DNA of 10,522 bases from Thermoproteota archaeon (GTDB taxonomy: Archaea > Korarchaeota > Korarchaeia > Korarchaeales > Korarchaeaceae), in NCBI GenBank assembly GCA_027491395.1, contig JAOZFI010000049.1, positions 1 to 10,522 of the forward strand. Reading direction: 5' to 3'. The notes beneath the pieces were generated by a model that was not told where the DNA came from, did not search any database, and was given only the letters and a program-made list of their open reading frames with translations. Positions 1 to 7,361 of the stretch are shown here, piece after piece. A program made the position numbers and the translations under genes. The stretch's first letter is position 1, and each line of letters starts with the position of its first letter.

Positions 1-65
1 GGGGAGTCAGGCAATGCCGGCATCATCACTCGCTCAGGGCCGGGTAGTACAGATCATCCTCCCCC
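1..65 (-). ncRNA. Archaeal box C/D 2'-O-methylation guide sRNA
   Basis: The minus strand reads GGGGG-AGGATGA (C, 60-54)-TCTGTACTACCCGGCC-CTGA (D', 37-34)-GCGA-GTGATGA (C', 29-23)-TGCCGGCATTGC-CTGA (D, 10-7)-CTCCCC. All four boxes are in canonical order, the guides are 16 and 12 nt, the termini are complementary (GGGGAG/CTCCCC) and the length is about 65 nt. The C box has one deviation from RUGAUGA. Confidence 0.88.
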
Positions 66-92
66 TTATAGGTGCCAGCCCTAAAATATGAA
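64..92. promoter_or_regulatory. Overlapping divergent TATA-like elements for the peptidase (+) and the sRNA (-)
   Basis: TTATAGG at 66-72 lies about 25 nt before ATG 95. On the minus strand, ATATTTTA (89-82) lies about 20-25 nt before the sRNA 5' end. Confidence 0.4.
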
Positions 93-94
93 GG

Positions 95-769
95 ATGGTG
101 GTGGGTTTGCTGGAACAGCTGCTCGCCGCTACCGTCCTGCTGATCGCCAGCGCCTACGACCTGCGCAGCAGGGAGGTGCCGGACTGGGTCTGGATTCCCG
201 GAGTGGTGGGAGGGGCTGCTCTGAGGATTCTGGATCCGAGGAGGACCCTCTCTTACCTGGAGGTAGCCTGGCCCATCATTCTAGTACTGATCATCATGAT
301 CCTAGCTGAGTGGCTCCTTTCAGTCAGCGGAGAGGCTGATCTCCTGGCCTACCTTACCCTTGCTCTGATCTCCACCGAGCCGTACTTCCTTCTGCCTCCG
401 CCCTTCTTGGTCTACCTTATCTCCAAGCTCCTCATGGTGATGGTCCTCCCTCTCCAGTTCCTTGTCAACCTAGTGAGGGTTCTCCACCATCCGGAGCTCC
501 TAAGGGGATTCGACGAGCCCCCTTACAGGAAGATCATAGCCCTGTTCCTCCTCTCCCCCTACTCGAGGCACTTGGCAGTGGGAGCCAGAGTTGCCGAGAT
601 CAACGAGGAGGGAAGGAGAAGGTTCGTCCTGAGTGCAGCGCTGTCCCCGCTCGACAATTCCGAAATAGATGATTGTGAAGGTGTCTGGATAGCCCCCACC
701 TACCCCTTCATCCCCTTCATCCTCGCGGCCCACGTCATCGTCCAGCTGCCCTTCCTATGGCCTCCATGA
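95..769 (+). CDS. A24 family prepilin/preflagellin peptidase (FlaK/PibD-like)
   Basis: 224 aa and hydrophobic. It has ASAYD22LRSREVPDWVW (first catalytic Asp), SGEAD82 (GxGD/GGAD-like second Asp) and C-terminal VWIAPTYPFIPFI, which is typical of the archaeal A24B C-terminal domain. Confidence 0.88.
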   Translation: MVVGLLEQLLAATVLLIASAYDLRSREVPDWVWIPGVVGGAALRILDPRRTLSYLEVAWPIILVLIIMILAEWLLSVSGEADLLAYLTLALISTEPYFLLPPPFLVYLISKLLMVMVLPLQFLVNLVRVLHHPELLRGFDEPPYRKIIALFLLSPYSRHLAVGARVAEINEEGRRRFVLSAALSPLDNSEIDDCEGVWIAPTYPFIPFILAAHVIVQLPFLWPP

Positions 770-1823
770 GTTCCTCCATCTCTTCCTCCCTCAGCCTGCC
801 GTAACTCACCCTGAACCACTCCTTACCTCCCCTGAAAGCAGTTGCTGGCACTATTCCCACGACGGGATCTGAGTCGAGGAGCTTCAGGGCCAGCTCCTCC
901 GAGTCTTCCACTTCAGGGTGTCTGGCGTAGAGGTAGAAGGCACCCCTAGGCTCCACGAACTCCAAGCCTGCCTTTGAGGCCTCTCTGACCAGAGCGTCCC
1001 TCATCCTCCTGTAGTGCTCCCTGACCCCCTCAAAGTACCTGTCGCTGGCCGCCTCGATCATCCTCATCACCAGCCTCTGCACCACCTCAGATACGCCGGC
1101 TGTGGTGAGGTATGTCAGCCTCCCCACGAGCTCCCTGCCTTCCGCACCCCAGTAGATGTAACCAGCTCTCATCCCCGGGAGGGAGAAGGTCTTGCTGAAG
1201 GTGTCTATAACCACGTCGCCGACGATCTCAACCCTCTCCCCGAAGTAGATCTGCGAGTAGGCCGCATCATTCAGCAGAAGGACGTTTCTCCTTCGGAGCT
1301 CGTCCCATAGATCCCTGAGCGCCGAGTTAGGAGGGAGGTGACCCGTGGGATTGTTCGGGAAGTTGATGAGCACCGCAGCGACGCCATCGATCCTCCCCAG
1401 CACCTCATTCACCAAGTCCTCGGCTAGGGGGTTATAGGCCGCCACGGGATAGGAGAACTCTGAGGGGTGCTCGAAGTACTGGATGAAGCCGGGCGCTGGT
1501 ATCAGGATCTTCCCCTTCTTCAGCTTCCAAGCTGCCAGTGAGGAGATCAGGAGGGCCTGAGCCCCTCCGTTGGTCATGAAAACTCCATCTCTCTCATAAT
1601 CCCTCCTCAGAAAGCGCGAGGCGAAGTCCACTACCGCCTCCTTTGCCCCATCCATTCCCGTGAAGGGAAGGTAGCTTCGCCCGACCTCGCCCATCTCTGA
1701 TAGTACCTCGGACACTGGGAGGGGTGGTTCGTGAGACGGGGCCCCTATATGAGCTCCTATTACCCTCCTTCCCTGAGCTGCCTTCCTGTTGCACGCGTCG
1801 AAGATGTCCCTTATGGTAAGCAT
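735..1823 (-). CDS. PLP-dependent aminotransferase, class I/II (aspartate aminotransferase-like)
   Basis: Motifs TNGGAQAL, NFPNNPTG, DAAY, TFSKTFSLPGMRAGY (PLP lysine), PRGAFY and FRVSY. Its 3' end overlaps the convergent peptidase by 35 nt. The substrate cannot be assigned. Confidence 0.93.
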   Translation of the reverse strand: MLTIRDIFDACNRKAAQGRRVIGAHIGAPSHEPPLPVSEVLSEMGEVGRSYLPFTGMDGAKEAVVDFASRFLRRDYERDGVFMTNGGAQALLISSLAAWKLKKGKILIPAPGFIQYFEHPSEFSYPVAAYNPLAEDLVNEVLGRIDGVAAVLINFPNNPTGHLPPNSALRDLWDELRRRNVLLLNDAAYSQIYFGERVEIVGDVVIDTFSKTFSLPGMRAGYIYWGAEGRELVGRLTYLTTAGVSEVVQRLVMRMIEAASDRYFEGVREHYRRMRDALVREASKAGLEFVEPRGAFYLYARHPEVEDSEELALKLLDSDPVVGIVPATAFRGGKEWFRVSYGRLREEEMEELMEAIGRAAGR

Positions 1824-1882
1824 ACTCTAGCAAGGGGGGATAAGATAAAATCATCCGGTGGCGCTAGGAAGCGGGACTTCAG

Positions 1883-3190
1883 GTGGAGAGGGCTGAGGGG
1901 GTAGCCATCTCTTCTGTAGTCGTATCAGCTGTGATAGTGGCGGTGAAGCTCTTCGTGGCCCTAGTCACAGGTAGCATGGCCGTACTGGGGGAACTCCTCT
2001 ACTCGCTAGGAGACATCCTGACATCCTCAGTTACCCTGATGGGCATAAGGCTTTCAAGAAAGCCGCCGGACGCGGACCACCCTTACGGGCACGCCAAGTT
2101 CGACAGCCTGCTGGGCCTCCTCTCCTCCATTTTCCTTATGGAAGTGGAAGCTTACGTGATATTCAGAAGCATCTCAGCTCTCCTCGGGCCCCTGATCCCA
2201 CCGAGCGTGATAAACGAGACTCTTCTGCTGCTAACAGCCACGAGCTTGGTGAACGTGGCCAGGTCGCTCGCCCTATGGAGGACGGGTGGATCTGAAGGGG
2301 TTAGGATGATGCAGTCCGAGGCCATAAACTACGGGTGGGATGCGGCTAGGACTCTTGTGGTGGTGGGGGTGCTCCTCATCTCGAAGGAGGTCCCGCTCGT
2401 TGACCCCCTCGCAGCTCTGTTGGTCACCGTCTTAGTGGTGCCCTCCACGCTGAGGGTGGCTTACTGGTCAGCCAGTGACCTGCTGGATAGGATAGATCCC
2501 AAGCTCCTCGCCAGGATATATTCCCTACTGGGAAGTTGCAGGGAGATAGTGGCGGTCAGGATGGTGAGGGCTAGGAAGCTGGGTAAAATAGCTTTGGTGG
2601 ATGCTGTGATCGAGGTCGATCCGTCAATCACGGCGGAGAGGACGAATGAGATAATAAGGAGGATCGAGGATAGGATTAGGGTGGAGATAGGACCCTCCGA
2701 GGTCATGATAGTGCCCCTTGCATCGGGAAGATCGAGGGAGAGCGTGGCCAAGGAGGTAACGGAGTCTGTGGAGGGCGTGAGGGAGGCCCACACCTTAGAG
2801 TTCTACGGGGAGAGGGGGGAGAGGCTGCACCTGCACGTGGTCCTTGGCGATGACATCAACCTGAAGAGGGCCAACGAGATCGCCAAGGAGGTCGAGTCGA
2901 GGCTTAAAAGAGCCTTGGGCGTCAAGGAGGTCATAGTGCATGTGGACCACTCGGGCGAGGGCGTCCCACTTGAGGAGATAAGGGAGAGGATAGAGGAGTT
3001 GAGAGATGTGAGGTGGGCGTCCGTCGAGACCGTGAGATCTGGGAGTTGCGTTAGGTTAGAGATAAGGGTGGGCGCGGACCCTGAGATGAGGGCTAGGGAG
3101 ATCAACAGGTTGCAGCACGATGTGATGGCCATCGCTGCCGAGCTGGCCCCCAAGGCGAAGGTGTCCGTTAGAGTGGTCCCGGCCTGCTGA
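1883..3190 (+). CDS. Cation diffusion facilitator (CDF) family transporter with three C-terminal ZT_dimer-like domains
   Basis: GTG start and six-TM N-terminal domain with K-x6-TGSMAVL, the loop motif SRKPPDADHPYGHAKFD and VDPLAALLV. The last ~230 aa repeat a CTD-like beta/alpha pattern three times. Confidence 0.92.
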   Translation: MERAEGVAISSVVVSAVIVAVKLFVALVTGSMAVLGELLYSLGDILTSSVTLMGIRLSRKPPDADHPYGHAKFDSLLGLLSSIFLMEVEAYVIFRSISALLGPLIPPSVINETLLLLTATSLVNVARSLALWRTGGSEGVRMMQSEAINYGWDAARTLVVVGVLLISKEVPLVDPLAALLVTVLVVPSTLRVAYWSASDLLDRIDPKLLARIYSLLGSCREIVAVRMVRARKLGKIALVDAVIEVDPSITAERTNEIIRRIEDRIRVEIGPSEVMIVPLASGRSRESVAKEVTESVEGVREAHTLEFYGERGERLHLHVVLGDDINLKRANEIAKEVESRLKRALGVKEVIVHVDHSGEGVPLEEIRERIEELRDVRWASVETVRSGSCVRLEIRVGADPEMRAREINRLQHDVMAIAAELAPKAKVSVRVVPAC

Positions 3191-3202
3191 GGCCGTCATA
3201 TC

Positions 3203-3212
3203 ACTTTATAGG
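3203..3212 (+). promoter_or_regulatory. TATA box of the Lrp/AsnC gene (probably leaderless)
   Basis: TTTATAGG at 3205-3212 lies 25-32 nt upstream of ATG 3237. Confidence 0.55.
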
Positions 3213-3236
3213 TATTATCGGAGATCCTATTAACCG

Positions 3237-3698
3237 ATGGGCATAAGTATCGACGAACTGGACGAGCTGGACGTGAACATACTCAGGATCCTTCAGCTCA
3301 ACTCGAGGATCCCGTTCAGTGAGCTGGCCAGGAAGCTCGAGGTCCCCGAAGCCACCGTAAGATATAGGGTAAAGAAACTCGTCGATAAAGGGGTCATAAA
3401 GGGATTTTACACCCTCCTAGATCCGAGGAAGGTCGGGCTACCCTTCTCTGTGATAGTTCTGGCGGATGTGGATCCCGAGCACCTGGATCAAGTCTTCGAT
3501 AGCTTGAAGGAGATGCCCGAAGCCACCCACGTATTCAAGCTGACGGGAAAGTACAACATAGTGGCGATATTCCACGCGAGGGACATGGAGCACGTGTCAA
3601 GGATAGACGAGGCCGTGAGATCCCACAGGGGCGTTAGGTCAGCTGAGACCCTGCTCGTGACAGGCTTGGTTCACATAAACCCCGAGCTCCCCATATAA
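3237..3698 (+). CDS. Lrp/AsnC family transcriptional regulator
   Basis: N-terminal HTH (LDELDVNILRILQLNSRIPFSELARKLEVPEATVRYRVKKLVDKGVI), linker LDPRKVG and a RAM domain with LTGKYNI. Confidence 0.96.
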   Translation: MGISIDELDELDVNILRILQLNSRIPFSELARKLEVPEATVRYRVKKLVDKGVIKGFYTLLDPRKVGLPFSVIVLADVDPEHLDQVFDSLKEMPEATHVFKLTGKYNIVAIFHARDMEHVSRIDEAVRSHRGVRSAETLLVTGLVHINPELPI

Positions 3699-3860
3699 GT
3701 TATCGATCGTGGATCCTCCGGAAGCTTGAACGCTCGAACATCTCCCTCGGGACCTAGATTTATCTCCGTGCACCGGTAACACGATGGTAATATGAGTTGG
3801 CTTCCCAGTAGAACAGGTGTTGGAGTGATCCGTCGAGCCGGGATCGAGAGTTAGGTTAGG

Positions 3861-4409
3861 ATGGGCAACCTTATTAACCGTGGGATGGGAGATAATGGGG
3901 ATAATTTGCTCACTTCTTGGAACAGGGCAACAAGGCTGCTCTCTTTGCTCGGCTTCGCCCTACTCCTACTCAGCTCCTCCCAGCCGTGGGTCGTGATGTA
4001 CCCTCCAAGTAAGGGGATGAAGGTCTTCACGATACTGGAATTTCTCATGTCTCTCTCAACCATTCAGGCCGACTACAGGATAATAGACGGGAGTTCTGGC
4101 CTCCTCTACATGACCCTCACACTTCTGATCGTGGCGCTGTTAGCGGCAGCCGCGTCGGCCATCTGGTCTCCCCTCTCCCTGCTCGCTGGTGGGGCAGGTC
4201 TCCTCTGCGCTGGATTCTGGATGGCAACACTCTGGATATTCAGGCTCAGGCTGGAATCGGTGGGCGGAAGGAGTCTGGCCGCCACCGTCGGTCTCGGGTT
4301 AGGACCGACCCTCCTCATAGTCGGCTCGCTCTTCCTCCTAGCTTCCTTCGTGCTAAGTATACACTTAGGCCTCAGTTCACAGGAAGGGCCCTCTCCTCCC
4401 TTATCTTGA
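3861..4409 (+). CDS. Hypothetical membrane protein, about 4 TM helices
   Basis: Four hydrophobic segments, with QPW after TM1 and GLGP before TM4. The true start may be the in-frame TTG at 3906, since a TATA-like CTTATTAA lies at 3870-3877 inside the annotated N-terminus. Confidence 0.75.
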   Translation: MGNLINRGMGDNGDNLLTSWNRATRLLSLLGFALLLLSSSQPWVVMYPPSKGMKVFTILEFLMSLSTIQADYRIIDGSSGLLYMTLTLLIVALLAAAASAIWSPLSLLAGGAGLLCAGFWMATLWIFRLRLESVGGRSLAATVGLGLGPTLLIVGSLFLLASFVLSIHLGLSSQEGPSPPLS

Positions 4410-4836
4410 CCCCCACTACTACCTCCGGCAGGTTCGAGTCCTCGAACACCCTCCCGCTTCTCAAGAGGAGGGGTCCAGCCGCCACTCCCAAGTGACCACC
4501 AACCCAGTCGATGGAATCGTCGGCCAGAAATTCCTCCAGCTCCTCCTCGAGCTCCGCGAGCTCGTCATCATCGACCAGCCAGTACAGGGCCTCCAACTCA
4601 TCCAGCGGGAAGGCGAGGTAGTAGGAGATCCTGAGGAGATCTTTGTCTCTCATCACCATCGCGAGCAGGTAACTTCCCTTCTCCTCCCTTAGAGCCCATA
4701 GATAGTTAGAGCTGGGATTCGAGGATGCCATCTTCTCGCATTCCTTCCTCAGTAGATCTATGCTTCTGGAGTGGCCTATATCGGTGAGCAGCTCATCGTA
4801 AGGTCGATGGGCCACCAGTTCGTATGTGAAACTCAT
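4372..4836 (-). CDS. Hypothetical acidic soluble protein
   Basis: Host-like codon usage. ATG 4836 is preferred over the TTG at 4857 because TTTTTAGT (4865-4858, minus) sits at TATA distance from it. The 3' end overlaps the convergent membrane gene by 38 nt. Confidence 0.75.
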   Translation of the reverse strand: MSFTYELVAHRPYDELLTDIGHSRSIDLLRKECEKMASSNPSSNYLWALREEKGSYLLAMVMRDKDLLRISYYLAFPLDELEALYWLVDDDELAELEEELEEFLADDSIDWVGGHLGVAAGPLLLRSGRVFEDSNLPEVVVGVKIREERALPVN

Positions 4837-5161
4837 GGTGGTAGTCAACTCAACCAAACTAAAAAGATGCCTCGTGACTCACTAGAGGACTCCACTCCGT
4901 TGATCGGTCAAGGGAGATCGCTAGTCAGTTCACATAATTGATTAGAGATCCCGCGCGCTCCGTATCCTAGCTCTTCTAACTTATACTCTTCGTTTAAGTT
5001 CAGGGAGAGGCCTAGTCCATTCAAATCAGAGGGGCAATCCTCAAGATCCAAGACACGAGAACGTTCAGCTGATGTGTGTTAGTGACGCGCGTCGCATTTA
5101 GTCCGCGTCAACTCTTGGCGAAAGAGGGCGGTAGAGGGATCGGCGCAATCAACAATTGTGC

Positions 5162-5571
5162 CTAGAATACCCTAACTATCCAATCGATCCTGTCGAAATC
5201 CCTATCGTTACTCACTACGATCCTAATTCCCTCCCTCCTCATCTGAGCTGCGATGACTAGATCGTCCCACATCCTCAAGCTGACACTCTCCCTTCTAGCA
5301 TAATTCAGTGCCTCCATAAAATCCTCGAATGTGGTAGCGAGCACCTCCACGGAGTTGTCCTCCAGAAATTCCAGGAATAGTGGAATCGCATCCAAGGAAG
5401 CCTTTCTCTCCAAGTGGGCTATCACTTGAGAGAGCACCAAGGTAGAGGTTACCAGCCCTCCCTCTCTGAGGAGCTCCTTAGCCCTCTTCCCGAACTAGGA
5501 TCAGCCCTGAGGACGTATAGGAACACGTTGGAATCAACGAATTTCCTCCCCAGCAAGTCCTCCCTCGACAT
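5162..5571 (-). pseudogene. vapC: VapC/PIN-domain toxin, frameshifted
   Basis: From ATG 5571 (or TTG 5556) one frame reads MSREDLLGRKFVDSNVFLYVLRADP. After a 2-nt remnant codon (AG, 5496-5495) the other frame continues FGKRAKELLREGGLVTSTLVLSQ...WDDLVIAAQMRREGIRIVVSNDRDFDRI. The PIN motifs VDSN and SNDRDF are split by a 1-nt deletion. Confidence 0.85.
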
Positions 5572-5761
5572 CCTCCAGTTCCACCTCTCCAACGCCCGCA
5601 GCCCCGAAGAGATCGTCAACAGAGATCCTTCTCTTAGGAGTGAGGAGTATTTTCCCCTCCCTGACCTCCACTACTAGGATGGTGCCCTCTCTCAATCCAA
5701 GGAACCTCCTGATCTTCGAGGGAATCACTATCCTCCCCCTCTTTCCGAGCTTGACCTCCAT
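5534..5761 (-). CDS. vapB: AbrB/MazE/SpoVT-type antitoxin (VapB)
   Basis: MEVKLGKRGRIVIPSKIRRFLGLREGTILVVEVREGKILLTP is the AbrB signature, followed by an acidic tail. It is 75 aa from ATG 5761 and overlaps the start of the PIN gene. Confidence 0.92.
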   Translation of the reverse strand: MEVKLGKRGRIVIPSKIRRFLGLREGTILVVEVREGKILLTPKRRISVDDLFGAAGVGEVELEDVEGGLAGEEIR

Positions 5762-5775
5762 TTTATTTATCCATA

Positions 5776-5813
5776 CACATGAGTGGGATTTCCCATAAAA
5801 AATCTCCCACATT
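5776..5813 (-). promoter_or_regulatory. Putative TA promoter with operator-like inverted repeats
   Basis: TGGGA-TT-TCCCA palindrome at 5784-5795, a further TCCCAC at 5805-5810 that is complementary to GTGGGA (5783-5788), and TTTTTTATG on the minus strand between them. Confidence 0.55.
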
Positions 5814-6057
5814 ACCGAACCAGTGAGCCAGCTGATGGATTAATCGCACGAACCTCACTGTCTGGGGGATACGAGTATGGTTTTCCTCCCAATACTTTCC
5901 CGGAAAAAGAGCTAATGAAATGATGGATTACCCCCATAGATTTAGCGCGCGGTGTCCTCAGTCCAAAAGGCGGACTGTGGCGAGCATCAGATAATCCAAA
6001 ATCGCTGGGCCGTGGTCCTAGGCCCCCCACTACGGCAATTGAGATGTTAGCCTTCCT

Positions 6058-7077
6058 TCAGGATCGGATGTACCTGCCCCTCACCGGAATGTCAAGACCG
6101 CATATAGGGCATCTGTATCTCCCCCCGTCCTCGGAGAGGTCGAACCTCACCACCCTGTAGCCCCTCCTCACTATGAGGATCCTACCGCACGAGGGGCACT
6201 TGGTCCACTCTAGTTCTGGATCGTTGACGTTTCCCACGTAAACATACCTTATCCCCTCCTTCAGAGCGTGTTCTCTCACTTCAAAGAGCTTGGAGAGCGG
6301 CGTAGGGGGTTCCCTCCAGAGGTGGGCCGGGTAGTACCTGTTGATGTGCAGTGGCACATCTTCGCCGAGCAGGTCCAAGTGCCTGCTCACTATCCATTTG
6401 TAGCACTCATCGAAGTCGTTGGCCCCCGTAACCACCAAGTAGACCATCTCCACGTGGGCACCAGCTTCTAACAGCGTTTTGGCGTTCCTCATCACCGTCT
6501 CGTGATCCACATGGGGAAGGGCCTTCATCCCGGGGCACCCCTTTATATCCACGCTCCACCCGTCAGCGCCAGCCCTAACGAGCTCCTCTAAGGCCTCGGG
6601 TGTCAGATAGCAGTTGGTGACCATTGTGGAGTAGAGGCCCCTCTCAGTGGTCAAGGAGAAGACATCCAAAAGATAATCGAAGTTCGTTGTGGGCTCGTTG
6701 AAGCTCGCGCATAGGCCCTGATCCCCCGATCGGAGTGCCATCTCGACTAGGACCTCGGGAGGGGTTGCGGGATCTTCCTCTTTAGGTGACCGGAAGCTCA
6801 GGCCATGGTTCTGGCACCAGAGGCAGTGGAAGTTGCATCCCCAGTTGGAGAAGGTGAGGGCCGTGCTGTTGGGCCAATAGTGGAAGAGGGGCTTAATCTC
6901 TATGGGCCTGCTCTCCACGGCGCTGAGCCTCCCTTAGCCGAGGCGGTAGAGTTTCCCCCCTCTGTTCGCGTAGTTACCGCAGATCCCCCTCTTCCCCTGC
7001 CTAATCCTGCACCTATGCTCGCACACCCCGCACTCGACCGCATCATCGAGCGGTGTGAAGAGGCGCGCCTCCCTCAT
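6058..7077 (-). pseudogene. AmmeMemoRadiSam-type (AmrS / PFL-activating-like) radical SAM enzyme interrupted by an in-frame TAA
   Basis: From ATG 7077 the frame reads MREARLFTPLDDAVECGVCEHRCRIRQGKRGICGNYANRGGKLYRLG*GRLSAVESRPIEIKPLFHY. TAA is at 6936-6934, in the same frame as ORF 6058..6918. It has the CNFHCLWC radical SAM motif, SFNEPT, VDIKG, YVYVGNV and C-terminal CPSC...CPIC. Confidence 0.88.
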
Positions 7078-7147
7078 CTCCCCGCCTCTTGGATCACCAC
7101 TCTAAGATAGAAGTTGCTACTGGCTGCCCGGTACGGGAAGATCGCGC

Positions 7148-7361
7148 GCGGAGGTGGCCAGGCGGGCCATAATCAGGGAGATACCATCGCTAAAAGCTCG
7201 AGAGGAGGGCCTTACTAGGGAGGAGCTCGAGGTCCTGATCGAGATCAGCGGTGAAGAATTCTCCTCGGAGAGTGAGCCCCAGATCAGTAAGGATGAGCTC
7301 CTGAAGATGATGAGAGAGGGAGAGGAGGGGGATTGAGAAGTTGAAGGAGGTCGGGCCATGA
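7148..7361 (+). pseudogene. Degenerate VapB-type antitoxin (5'-truncated, probable 3' frameshift)
   Basis: AEVARRAIIREI resembles the '(W)SEVARRAI' helix of archaeal RHH-type antitoxins, but no N-terminal part is present (in-frame TAA at 7103). The ORF stops at 7336. A shifted frame continues ERRGIEKLKEVGP* to TGA 7359-7361, giving an ATGA overlap with the PIN start. Confidence 0.55.

Noticed and set aside
735-769. Convergent 3' overlaps (735-769 and 4372-4409) as antisense regulation
   Set aside because: Short tail-to-tail overlaps are common in compact archaeal genomes.
88-3153. Short alternative ORFs 88..309, 500..733, 1014..1310, 1594..1854, 2461..2793, 2803..3153
   Set aside because: Shadow or antisense frames of well-supported genes, with no motifs.
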